From Candidatus Nitrosopumilus koreensis AR1 (GTDB lineage: Archaea; Thermoproteota; Nitrososphaeria; Nitrososphaerales; Nitrosopumilaceae): 32,000 nucleotides of DNA. Both the position numbers and the translations under genes were made by a program. The notes under the pieces were generated by a model. That model was not told where the DNA came from, made no database searches, and worked only from the letters and a program-made list of their open reading frames with translations. The stretch covers positions 180,001-212,000 of the forward strand of contig NC_018655.1 of NCBI RefSeq assembly GCF_000299365.1, read 5' to 3'. Positions 18,338 to 26,727 of this stretch are shown here, piece after piece. How positions within the stretch are numbered: the stretch's first letter is position 1; every line of letters starts with the position of its first letter.

Positions 18338-18412
18338 TGCCCTTGTAGTATAGCCCGGTCTAGAATTCGGCCCTGTCACGGCTGAGACGCGTGTTCAAAT
18401 CCCGCCGAGGGC
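18338..18412 (+). tRNA. tRNA-Asp (anticodon GUC)
   Basis: Acceptor GCCCTTG/CGAGGGC, anticodon arm CGGCC-CTGTCAC-GGCTG, TTCAAAT T loop, discriminator G followed by CCA at 18413-18415. Confidence 0.92.
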
Positions 18413-18541
18413 GCCATTATTTTCATTTATTCATTTGAAATCATTTTTGCAACCGATCAAAATTGTTTTTTCATAATTTATTGTTCTAAAACTAATGGTT
18501 TACAGTCGTTATCACAAGAATATTAAAATTCAGGCAAATTT

Positions 18542-19309
18542 GTGATTATTTTGTTGTCAGAAGAGAAAAAAGAATCTGAAGAAGCAAAACCTGCTGAAGA
18601 TTCTACATCTGAGAAACCATCTGTTGAAGATGCTGCAAAAACAGACTCTGTAGAAAAAGCAAAAGCAGAAGCTGCAGAAAAGGCAGAAGTTGCAGCAAAA
18701 GCAGCAGAAGAAGCAAAAGCCTCTGAAGCAATTGCTAAAGCAGAAGCTGCAGCAAAAGCAGCAGAAGAAGCTGAAATTGCAGCAAAAGAAGCTCTGGCAA
18801 AAGCAGAAGCAGCAAAAGCTGAGGCTGAAGCTGCAGCAGAAGAAGAATACAAAGCAATTGCAGCTGAAGTAAAGGCAGAAGCAGCTAAAGCCGCTGATTA
18901 TACGTTTAAACGACAAAGTGAAGAGATTTTCAGACGTGAAATGGGTGAACCTGAATTTTGGTTAGAAAAAGAAGAACGTTTCCCACGACCAATTCTTACT
19001 GCAGAACAACAAGATTCACTTACTAGACAAGCAGAAACTCCACATGATCAAACACCTGAATATGTACCTGACCATGTTTTGAGTCCAGAATTTGAAGGAA
19101 AATCTAATTATGAAAGAGGTGTAGATGAACTTTTAGAAGTTACAAAATTAAAACTTGAAACCTTAAAGAATAATCCAGATGCAACTGAAAAAGAAATTAA
19201 AGCTACAGAAGATGAAATTGTTTACTTAGAATCATTACATGAAAATTACTTTATTGGTATGAATGTATTTAGAACAGCTAGAGGCGGTAGAGCTAAGATC
19301 ACAAAATGA
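18542..19309 (+). CDS. Hypothetical protein with Ala/Glu/Lys-rich helical N-terminal half
   Basis: 255 aa ORF; residues about 30-115 are AEAAAKAAEEA-like low-complexity helix, followed by a more complex C-terminal region. Confidence 0.75.
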   Translation: MIILLSEEKKESEEAKPAEDSTSEKPSVEDAAKTDSVEKAKAEAAEKAEVAAKAAEEAKASEAIAKAEAAAKAAEEAEIAAKEALAKAEAAKAEAEAAAEEEYKAIAAEVKAEAAKAADYTFKRQSEEIFRREMGEPEFWLEKEERFPRPILTAEQQDSLTRQAETPHDQTPEYVPDHVLSPEFEGKSNYERGVDELLEVTKLKLETLKNNPDATEKEIKATEDEIVYLESLHENYFIGMNVFRTARGGRAKITK

Positions 19310-19321
19310 GGATGATATGAT

Positions 19322-20398
19322 TTGGGTAATGTAAATTTTGATGTAATGAATATGAGAGTAACTTTCAAAAATGTTCCAATTTATTCTCTGTCAAAATTTG
19401 CATTCAAAGATGTAGGCGCAGCATGTGAAGAATTCAAAAAAATTCCCGGTGTTGATGAATGTATCATAATTCAAACTGCAAGTAGAGTTGAAATTTTTAT
19501 TGTGAGTAATATGGAAGATGAAGACTCTCCTGATGCCAGAAGAAATGAAGCTAAAGGCCTTGTCTTAAATCAAGTCAAAGATACATGGGTATCATTGTCT
19601 GCATTGGAACAAATAGATATTGATCATTTTGATCAAACAATTGAAGTCTATAAGGGCAATGATGTATATCTTCATCTGTTACGTTTAGCTGCAGGACTTG
19701 ATTCTTTTGTTATAGGAAAGAGAGAAGTTTATGATGAAATTACTCAATCCTTAGAAAAAGCAAAACAAGCCGGAACTTCAGGGAAAACACTTAACAAATT
19801 ATTTGATAGCGTTATCCGATTAGCCAGAAAAATGAGGGATGCTACTGGAATTGAAAAAGATGTAATATCTCTTGGCGATGTTGCAGTAAAATTAGTAGAT
19901 GAAAAAGCTGGCTTGGATGCAAAAAAGAAAGTATTGTTATTAGGAACTGGTGAGGCTGCTGCTCAAGTTGCCAAAACACTAAACAAGAAAGAAATTGCAT
20001 ATGATGTTGCAAGTAGAACTATTGATAGAGCCACAGGGTTTTCAACAATTGTAGGTGGAACACCTGTAAATTTTGAAGATGCGTTAGCTGGTTTGGATAA
20101 ATATGATATTGTATTTGTTGCAACAACCGCTGATTATTTCATTATCACTCATGAAAGAATTAGATTAGTTATGGAAGAAAAGAAGAAAGGAACTCTTATC
20201 ATGGATATTTCCGAACCAAGAGCTGTAAATGAGGATATTACATCTCTTCCAGGAATTAAATTATTGTTCAGAGACCAAATTGCAGAAATATATGATGAAA
20301 GTGTTAAAGCTAGAAAAGGTATTGTTCCTGCAGTTGAAAAAATTATAGAAAAAGAGTTACCTGTATTGTCAATTAGAATGCAAAAATTAGAAAATTAA
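19322..20398 (+). CDS. Glutamyl-tRNA reductase (HemA)-like protein with altered catalytic motif
   Basis: IIQTASRVEIF, YLHLLRLAAGLDSFVIGKREVYDEI, KKVLLLGTGEAAAQVAKTL, GTLIMDISEPRAVNEDI, C-terminal helix. TTG start at 19322; internal ATGs are alternative starts. Confidence 0.8.
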   Translation: MGNVNFDVMNMRVTFKNVPIYSLSKFAFKDVGAACEEFKKIPGVDECIIIQTASRVEIFIVSNMEDEDSPDARRNEAKGLVLNQVKDTWVSLSALEQIDIDHFDQTIEVYKGNDVYLHLLRLAAGLDSFVIGKREVYDEITQSLEKAKQAGTSGKTLNKLFDSVIRLARKMRDATGIEKDVISLGDVAVKLVDEKAGLDAKKKVLLLGTGEAAAQVAKTLNKKEIAYDVASRTIDRATGFSTIVGGTPVNFEDALAGLDKYDIVFVATTADYFIITHERIRLVMEEKKKGTLIMDISEPRAVNEDITSLPGIKLLFRDQIAEIYDESVKARKGIVPAVEKIIEKELPVLSIRMQKLEN

Positions 20399-20402
20399 TT
20401 TC

Positions 20403-20570
20403 TTAGAGGCCCTGTTTTCTTAGTAGAAATTGCATAATAGCTTCTTTAGAATAATCAATTCCATGTTCTTCATCAGTATGATTTCTAAAGTTTTCAATTA
20501 CTTCTTCCATGTCTCCACTAGCTACAAAATCACATTCAAAACCATAATCTCTGCACTTTAGTTCTGCCAT
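20403..20570 (-). CDS. Small DUF1059-like protein (55 aa, absent from supplied ORF track)
   Basis: Translates to MAELKCRDYGFECDFVASGDMEEVIENFRNHTDEEHGIDYSKEAIMQFLLRKQGL; pattern CRDYGFxCDF...EVxxxFxxHxxxEHG. Confidence 0.75.
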   Translation of the reverse strand: MAELKCRDYGFECDFVASGDMEEVIENFRNHTDEEHGIDYSKEAIMQFLLRKQGL

Positions 20571-20660
20571 GCATTTGCAAAAATACTTTCAATATAAAAA
20601 TCCACAGGTAGTATTAACATGAGTTTGATAGTCTCAAAAATGAAAATTATTTGTTAATGT

Positions 20661-21503
20661 TTATCCGTATGATTCAAACTTGATTCCAAAACTACCATCT
20701 GGCTTCTTTTCATGTTCAGTAACAAAGCCTTGTGGACCTAGAGAATCAATTACTCCATCAATGGTTCCTTGATAACCACAAATGTAGATTATTGTATTTT
20801 CGGGGGTAATTTTCTCACCAACCATCTCTTCTACAGGGGATAATCCTGTTTTTTTGTCTGGTGCAAAAAATGATTCAACTCTACCTACGTGACCATTCCA
20901 AGATCTATTGAAGAATTCTTTTGGTCTACTGATTGCTGCTCTGTATCTAAAGTTCCATTGATCTCTTCCTCTCCTTTCACTTTCCATCTCTAAATCTGTA
21001 AAGAAACGTTTGTAACTTAATTCATCAACATAACTGGCACCATGCAATACAACAATTTCTCGTTTATCATTTATGTCATGGAAATGTTTTGCAAATGCAA
21101 CAAATGGTGCAATACCTGTACCACCACCAACACAAATCACTCTCCTTTTATCCTCTTGTCCATTTGGTAGTACGTCACTAATTTGTAACGCAGTTCCACT
21201 TGGATCTCCTAACCAAACTTCATCGCCAACACTTGCATAGAATAATTCTGTAGTTACTCTGCCTGGAAGTGGTTTTCTCACCCATCTAATTACAAATTCA
21301 AAATACTCTCTATTTTCTGGATGTGATGCAATTGAATATGCTCTTCTTACAATTTTTTTCTCAGCTGGTATTGGAACTCCTATTGTTAAAAATTGCCCAG
21401 TTTTGTACTCCGGCATTCCACCTTCAGGAACTAATCTAATAATTACAAGATCTTCTTTTAATAATTCTCTATAAACGACCTTGGCCTTTGTCTCACTAAC
21501 CAT
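20661..21503 (-). CDS. Ferredoxin-NADP reductase-like FAD/NAD(P) oxidoreductase, copy 2
   Basis: RRAYSIASHPE, CVGGGTGIAPFVAFAKHF, YICGYQGTIDGVID; near full-length similarity to 9572..10417. Confidence 0.88.
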   Translation of the reverse strand: MVSETKAKVVYRELLKEDLVIIRLVPEGGMPEYKTGQFLTIGVPIPAEKKIVRRAYSIASHPENREYFEFVIRWVRKPLPGRVTTELFYASVGDEVWLGDPSGTALQISDVLPNGQEDKRRVICVGGGTGIAPFVAFAKHFHDINDKREIVVLHGASYVDELSYKRFFTDLEMESERRGRDQWNFRYRAAISRPKEFFNRSWNGHVGRVESFFAPDKKTGLSPVEEMVGEKITPENTIIYICGYQGTIDGVIDSLGPQGFVTEHEKKPDGSFGIKFESYG

Positions 21504-21590
21504 ACAACAAGTTTTTTCGTTACTTTGGATAAATATATTTCTGTTATACTTTATGAAAAAAAATTAATTTCTTAACGAATATTTGAAAAT

Positions 21591-22391
21591 TTATTCATTG
21601 ATCTGTGACATTATCTCATCAAGAATTTTTTGATTTGCAGCTGCAATAAAAGAAACTCTTGTATCGTAGCTTAGATCCGCATCAAGTGGATTAAGATCTG
21701 CATCTAAAAGCAATCCTCCTGCTTCTTTTACAATCAGATAACCTGCTGCAATGTCTTGAATTCTAATTTTATCTCGTAAATCAATAAAAATATCCATTAA
21801 TCCTCTTGCAAACAATGCCATCTCAAGAGCGTTAGCACCAAAATGTCTTGTGTGATTATGATTTTCAAATATGGGATGAAGCTTCTTCATTAATTCTGTT
21901 GTTGCACCTGATGTATTGATTCCAATAATTTTGTAAATAGGATCCCTATCGTGCACTTTCATTTGTTCTTGATTGAAAAATGAACCTTTGTTTTTAGACG
22001 CCCAATACATCTCACCATTATCTAGATTTGTGATTACTCCATCTGTAATAGAACTAAGTTTGTTTTCTGTTGCAAAAGCTAATGAACTGCAAAAGAAAGG
22101 AACTCCTCTAACAGCATTTGCAGAACCATCAATTGCATCCATGATAACAAATCCTTTTGGTTCTTTTGATAATTCCACTCTGCCACACTCTTCACCTAAA
22201 ACTACACATGGAAAATTGATTTCTTTTAGATAATCAATAACTGTTTTCTCTGCAATAATGTCTATGTTTCTTGAAATATCTCCCCCTGCACCTCTTCCAA
22301 AATCTCCTGCAGCATGTTCAGTTCCTGCAAGATCTTTTACATTTTCATAAATCTTGTTTGAAACTTCGCGAAGAATTTCAATTACTTCCAT
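21591..22391 (-). CDS. Inositol monophosphatase/fructose-1,6-bisphosphatase family protein
   Basis: GEECG, VIMDAIDGSANAVRGVPFFCSSLA, and RDIAAGYLIVKEAGG motifs. Confidence 0.88.
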   Translation of the reverse strand: MEVIEILREVSNKIYENVKDLAGTEHAAGDFGRGAGGDISRNIDIIAEKTVIDYLKEINFPCVVLGEECGRVELSKEPKGFVIMDAIDGSANAVRGVPFFCSSLAFATENKLSSITDGVITNLDNGEMYWASKNKGSFFNQEQMKVHDRDPIYKIIGINTSGATTELMKKLHPIFENHNHTRHFGANALEMALFARGLMDIFIDLRDKIRIQDIAAGYLIVKEAGGLLLDADLNPLDADLSYDTRVSFIAAANQKILDEIMSQINE

Positions 22392-22476
22392 AACAAAAAG
22401 TATACTTGATTCGTAATTTAAGTGAAGAAAAATATTTGTCTTGAAAGCATAAATAACAATACGGGAGCTAAAGTTT

Positions 22477-23592
22477 GTGAGTGGTAAAGATCAATCTGTT
22501 GTAAGTAAAGAAGCTCTAATGAGTACAAAACCTGGCAAACAAATTATGAAACAAGGCTTGTTCAAATCAAAAGGATACAAATTATTTAACAAATACAAGG
22601 AAGAAACAGAAAACGAATTTCCAAACTTTGCAGATAGATTTACTCGAGGTCTTCTTAATGAAATTAAATCTGATACTGATCCCAATTCAACACAACAAGC
22701 GTTTGCAGATGAAGTCGGTTCCACTGAAATTATTTTAAATGCCTCTGAAATTGAGCCTGTAAAATCAAAATTAGAAAGTCCTGACGTTCTAAAAGATAGA
22801 GTACTCAGAATTTTAAATTCTAATTTTGTTAAAATGACCTTTCCTGTCTTTAATGCTCTTTTTGATGGAGCTGCAGAATATTCTGGTAGAAATGATCCTC
22901 AATTAAGACAAGATATGGTTGAAGGTCATATTCTGGCAATTGATCTTAGTGAACCAATGGATAGAATTGTAGACAAAGATGAAGATTTAGATTATCTTGA
23001 TGATTACAAATTAATGAATCCATATATTCTGAAACTAGCTCGTGATAAAATTTCTAAAGGTGGAGATGTGGTTCTAAAAGAATTTGAAGAAGGATTCAAA
23101 GATGCAAGAGTTGGACAATACCTTGATGAAAAATTAAAATCAAAACCAACAAAAATTACTGAAGAAGAGATGACACTTTCTTATAAAAAATATCGTGCAG
23201 TAATGGGAACTGCAGGAAGAAATATGGCGTTGGCTGAACGACCTCTTGGGGAAATTTTCTATTTGGGAATGGCAAGAGCTGCTGAAGGTGTTGGTTGTGG
23301 AAATGAGATCGAAGACTCTATTAAAAATGGATTTGTAAAAATTCCTTCATGGCCACTTTATTATTCATTATTAGCAAATGATGTCAAAAAAGGATTTGAG
23401 ATAACTTTGGAAAAAAGTAATCTGTATTTACAAGATGCAAGACTTGCAATAGAATTACTTCCTGACGGTTTCTCTCATAAGGAATTCTTAGAATTTTTAT
23501 TCTTAACTGTTGATCATTATAATCAATATTGGTATAATCAATTACAAAAGGCTAACAAATGGCCTGAATTTGAATCAAAACTTCCTAAGTGA
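22477..23592 (+). CDS. Conserved-looking hypothetical protein upstream of rfcL
   Basis: 371 aa intact ORF, no family recognised by eye; ends 6 nt before the rfcL ORF. Confidence 0.75.
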   Translation: MSGKDQSVVSKEALMSTKPGKQIMKQGLFKSKGYKLFNKYKEETENEFPNFADRFTRGLLNEIKSDTDPNSTQQAFADEVGSTEIILNASEIEPVKSKLESPDVLKDRVLRILNSNFVKMTFPVFNALFDGAAEYSGRNDPQLRQDMVEGHILAIDLSEPMDRIVDKDEDLDYLDDYKLMNPYILKLARDKISKGGDVVLKEFEEGFKDARVGQYLDEKLKSKPTKITEEEMTLSYKKYRAVMGTAGRNMALAERPLGEIFYLGMARAAEGVGCGNEIEDSIKNGFVKIPSWPLYYSLLANDVKKGFEITLEKSNLYLQDARLAIELLPDGFSHKEFLEFLFLTVDHYNQYWYNQLQKANKWPEFESKLPK

Positions 23593-23601
23593 TTTACATT
23601 G

Positions 23602-24759
23602 ATGTGGTCTGAAAAATATCGACCTCAGAAGATTTCTGATATGGTTGGAAATGAAGAAACTCGTTCAGTAATTATGGAATGGTTTGCAAAGTGGAAGAAA
23701 GGAACAAAACCTCTACTTTTAGTTGGCCCACCTGGAATAGGCAAGACCACTATTGCATTTCTTGTAGCCAAACAATTTGGTTATGATATGATTGGCCTTA
23801 ATGCAAGTGATGTTAGAAGCAAATCTAGAATAAATGAAATTCTCACTCCTGTATTAGGTAATGTAAGCGTACTTGGAACTCCTATGATATTTGTTGATGA
23901 AGTTGATGGAATTCATGGCCGTGGAGATTATGGTGGTGTTGCAGCACTAGTTGATATTCTAAAAGAACCAACTGTGCCAATTATTCTAGCTGCAAATGAT
24001 GACTCTGCTGATAAAATGAAAAATATCAAAAAAGCAGTTAAGATAATTTCTTTCAAAAAAATTCCACCCCGTCTTCTTCGAGTTTATTTAGAAAATATTT
24101 TGAAAAAAGAAAATGCAAATCTTAGTCCTGGCTCTTTAATCAAAGTAATTGATAAATCTCGAGGTGACATTCGTTCGATGATTAATTTAACACAATCATT
24201 TGTAACCGGATTTAATCCGCAAACAGAAACAACATTTGAAAATATTGATGTTGAAGAAGGTGTTAATGCATTTTTTAAAGCAAAATCACTTGAAGAAGCT
24301 AGAATTGTTTTGTATTCTATGCAAATTGATCCAAGGGAAAAAATAAATGCGTTTTATTCTAGCATAATTACAAGTAATTTAGACAATAATGCTCTTGCAA
24401 AATACTTGGAAGTCATTTCTGAAGCTGACATGCTTTATGGCAAAATTATAAAAACACAAAACTGGAGATTATTAAGATATCTTAATGATGTTTTGATTAA
24501 ACTTTATGAAAACGATGATAGGATTAGATATGCACAATACAATCTTTCATGGCCTTTACTTAATAGAATTCGTTGGGATGGTGCTAAAATAAAATCACTA
24601 TCATCTGTTATGGCAAAAAAATTACATTTGTCTTCTAGTGCCTTTGTTACAATTGGTTTACCTTTTGTTTTATTTTGTATAAAAAATAAAACATTAGAAT
24701 TAGAACTGGAGGAAACATTTGGAGATATTATTGATAAGGAGATTGAATTGATGCAATGA
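23602..24759 (+). CDS. rfcL: Replication factor C large subunit
   Basis: MWSEKYRPQKISDMVGNEE, VGPPGIGKTTIAFLVAKQFGYDMIGLNASDVRS, FVDEVDGI. ORF open from 23599. Confidence 0.93.
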   Translation: MWSEKYRPQKISDMVGNEETRSVIMEWFAKWKKGTKPLLLVGPPGIGKTTIAFLVAKQFGYDMIGLNASDVRSKSRINEILTPVLGNVSVLGTPMIFVDEVDGIHGRGDYGGVAALVDILKEPTVPIILAANDDSADKMKNIKKAVKIISFKKIPPRLLRVYLENILKKENANLSPGSLIKVIDKSRGDIRSMINLTQSFVTGFNPQTETTFENIDVEEGVNAFFKAKSLEEARIVLYSMQIDPREKINAFYSSIITSNLDNNALAKYLEVISEADMLYGKIIKTQNWRLLRYLNDVLIKLYENDDRIRYAQYNLSWPLLNRIRWDGAKIKSLSSVMAKKLHLSSSAFVTIGLPFVLFCIKNKTLELELEETFGDIIDKEIELMQ

Positions 24760-25067
24760 GCTGGAGAAAAATACCTATGAAATTTCCAGGTACTTGTATT
24801 GTATGTAATGAAAAAATAGAAATTAATGAAATTGGCCTTTGGGCAAAAGGACTTGGTGTTAAGCATGAAAAATGTGCTGAAATTAATGAATTACAGTGTA
24901 TAGTTTGTGGCGGTCCTGCTGGGTGCTCTCAATGTGAGTTTCAAGATATCTGCGATATTGCAAATGTTTCTCAGTTTTGTGTGTGTAAAAAATGCAGTGA
25001 ACAAAAGGACATCTTTAATTTATATCAAAAGGCAACCAACAAAAAATTTCCAATTATTAACTCATAA
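24756..25067 (+). CDS. Small cysteine-rich putative metal-binding protein
   Basis: 103 aa with 11 Cys: CIVC, HEKC, CIVCGGPAGCSQC, DIC, CVCKKC; overlaps rfcL stop by 4 nt (ATGA). Confidence 0.72.
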   Translation: MSWRKIPMKFPGTCIVCNEKIEINEIGLWAKGLGVKHEKCAEINELQCIVCGGPAGCSQCEFQDICDIANVSQFCVCKKCSEQKDIFNLYQKATNKKFPIINS

Positions 25068-25173
25068 TTCTCTAAAATTCTAACTGATCTGGCAATTATT
25101 TTAAAAAAAAATTCAACCAAAATTTTTACAAACTAAATTAATATAGGAAACCGTATTTGATTAGATCACCATC

Positions 25174-26721
25174 ATGCATTCTAAAAAACTTGAAGATTTT
25201 GGTAATAAACACAAAATTTCTCAACAAGGTGGTGGTCAAGACCGAATCAAAGCACAACATGATAAAGGTAAGTTAACTGCACGAGAAAGAATCGATCTTC
25301 TGTTAGATGAGGGCAGTTTTACCGAAATTGATCCAATGGTAACTCATCACTACCATGAATATGATATGCAGAAAAAGAAGTTCTTCACTGATGGTGTAGT
25401 TGGTGGCTATGGCACAATCAATGGCAGACAAATTTTCGTATTTGCTTATGATTTTACAGTCCTTGGTGGAACTCTAAGTCAAATGGGTGCCAAAAAAATT
25501 ACTAAACTAATGGATCATGCAGTTAGAACTGGATGTCCAGTTATTGGAATTATGGATTCTGGCGGTGCAAGAATTCAAGAAGGAATTATGAGTCTTGATG
25601 GATTTGCAGATATCTTTTATCATAATCAACTAGCTTCAGGAGTTGTTCCTCAAATTACAGCAAGTATTGGTCCATCTGCAGGAGGCTCAGTGTATTCTCC
25701 AGCAATGACTGACTTTGTCGTCATGGTAGAAAAAGCAGGAACAATGTTCGTTACAGGCCCTGATGTTGTAAAGACAGTTTTAGGTGAAGAAATTTCATTT
25801 GATGATCTTGGTGGTGCAATGACACATGGTTCAAAAAGTGGAGTTGCGCACTTTGTTGCACAAAACGAATACGAATGTATGGATTGCATCAAGAAATTGA
25901 TCTCTTATATTCCACAAAATAATTCTGAAGAACCACCAAAAATAAAAACTGATGATGATCCAAATAGACTAGATCATAATCTAATTAACGTTATTCCAGA
26001 AAATCCATTACAACCATATGATATGAAAGATATCATTAATTCTATTGTTGATAACCATGAATTCTTTGAAGTTCATGAATTGTTTGCACCAAATATTGTT
26101 GTAGGTTATGGTAGAATGGATGGACAAGCAGTTGGTATTATTGCAAACAATCCAATGCATCTTGCAGGTGCACTTGATATTGATTCATCAAACAAAGCCG
26201 CACGTTTCATTAGATTTTGTGATGCATTTAACATTCCCATTATCACTTTGGTAGATACACCAGGTTACATGCCAGGTTCAAACCAAGAACATAACGGTAT
26301 AATTAGACATGGAAGCAAATTGCTTTATGCATATTGTGAGGCAACTGTTCCACGAATTACACTTGTAATTGGAAAGGCATATGGTGGTGCATACATTGCA
26401 ATGGGAAGCAAAAATCTTAGAACTGATATTAATTATGCGTGGCCAACTGCACGTTGTGCTGTATTAGGTGGTGAGGCTGCGGTAAAAATCATGAACAGAA
26501 AAGAATTGGCAGCTGCAGATGATGCTGAAGCACTAAAGAAACAACTAATCGATGAGTTTACAGAAAAATTTGAAAATCCTTATGTTGCAGCATCTCATGG
26601 AACCGTAGATAACGTAATTGATCCTGCAGAAACAAGACCTATGTTAATAAAAGCACTCAAAATGCTAGCAAACAAGAGAGAAAAACAACTTCCTAGAAAA
26701 CATGGAAATATCAATTTGTGA
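25174..26721 (+). CDS. pccB: Acetyl-CoA/propionyl-CoA carboxylase carboxyltransferase (beta) subunit
   Basis: GKLTARERIDLLLDEGSF, DSGGARIQEGI, GPSAGGSVYSPAMTDF, VDTPGYMPGSNQEHNGIIRHG, GKAYGGAYIAMGSK. Confidence 0.94.
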   Translation: MHSKKLEDFGNKHKISQQGGGQDRIKAQHDKGKLTARERIDLLLDEGSFTEIDPMVTHHYHEYDMQKKKFFTDGVVGGYGTINGRQIFVFAYDFTVLGGTLSQMGAKKITKLMDHAVRTGCPVIGIMDSGGARIQEGIMSLDGFADIFYHNQLASGVVPQITASIGPSAGGSVYSPAMTDFVVMVEKAGTMFVTGPDVVKTVLGEEISFDDLGGAMTHGSKSGVAHFVAQNEYECMDCIKKLISYIPQNNSEEPPKIKTDDDPNRLDHNLINVIPENPLQPYDMKDIINSIVDNHEFFEVHELFAPNIVVGYGRMDGQAVGIIANNPMHLAGALDIDSSNKAARFIRFCDAFNIPIITLVDTPGYMPGSNQEHNGIIRHGSKLLYAYCEATVPRITLVIGKAYGGAYIAMGSKNLRTDINYAWPTARCAVLGGEAAVKIMNRKELAAADDAEALKKQLIDEFTEKFENPYVAASHGTVDNVIDPAETRPMLIKALKMLANKREKQLPRKHGNINL

Positions 26722-26727
26722 TTAAAA

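Noticed and set aside
18523-18916. Minus-strand Ala/Ser-rich and Cys/Phe-rich ORFs of 109 and 119 aa
   Set aside because: Antisense shadows of the repetitive Ala/Glu/Lys codons of 18542..19309; extreme composition and no plausible protein features.
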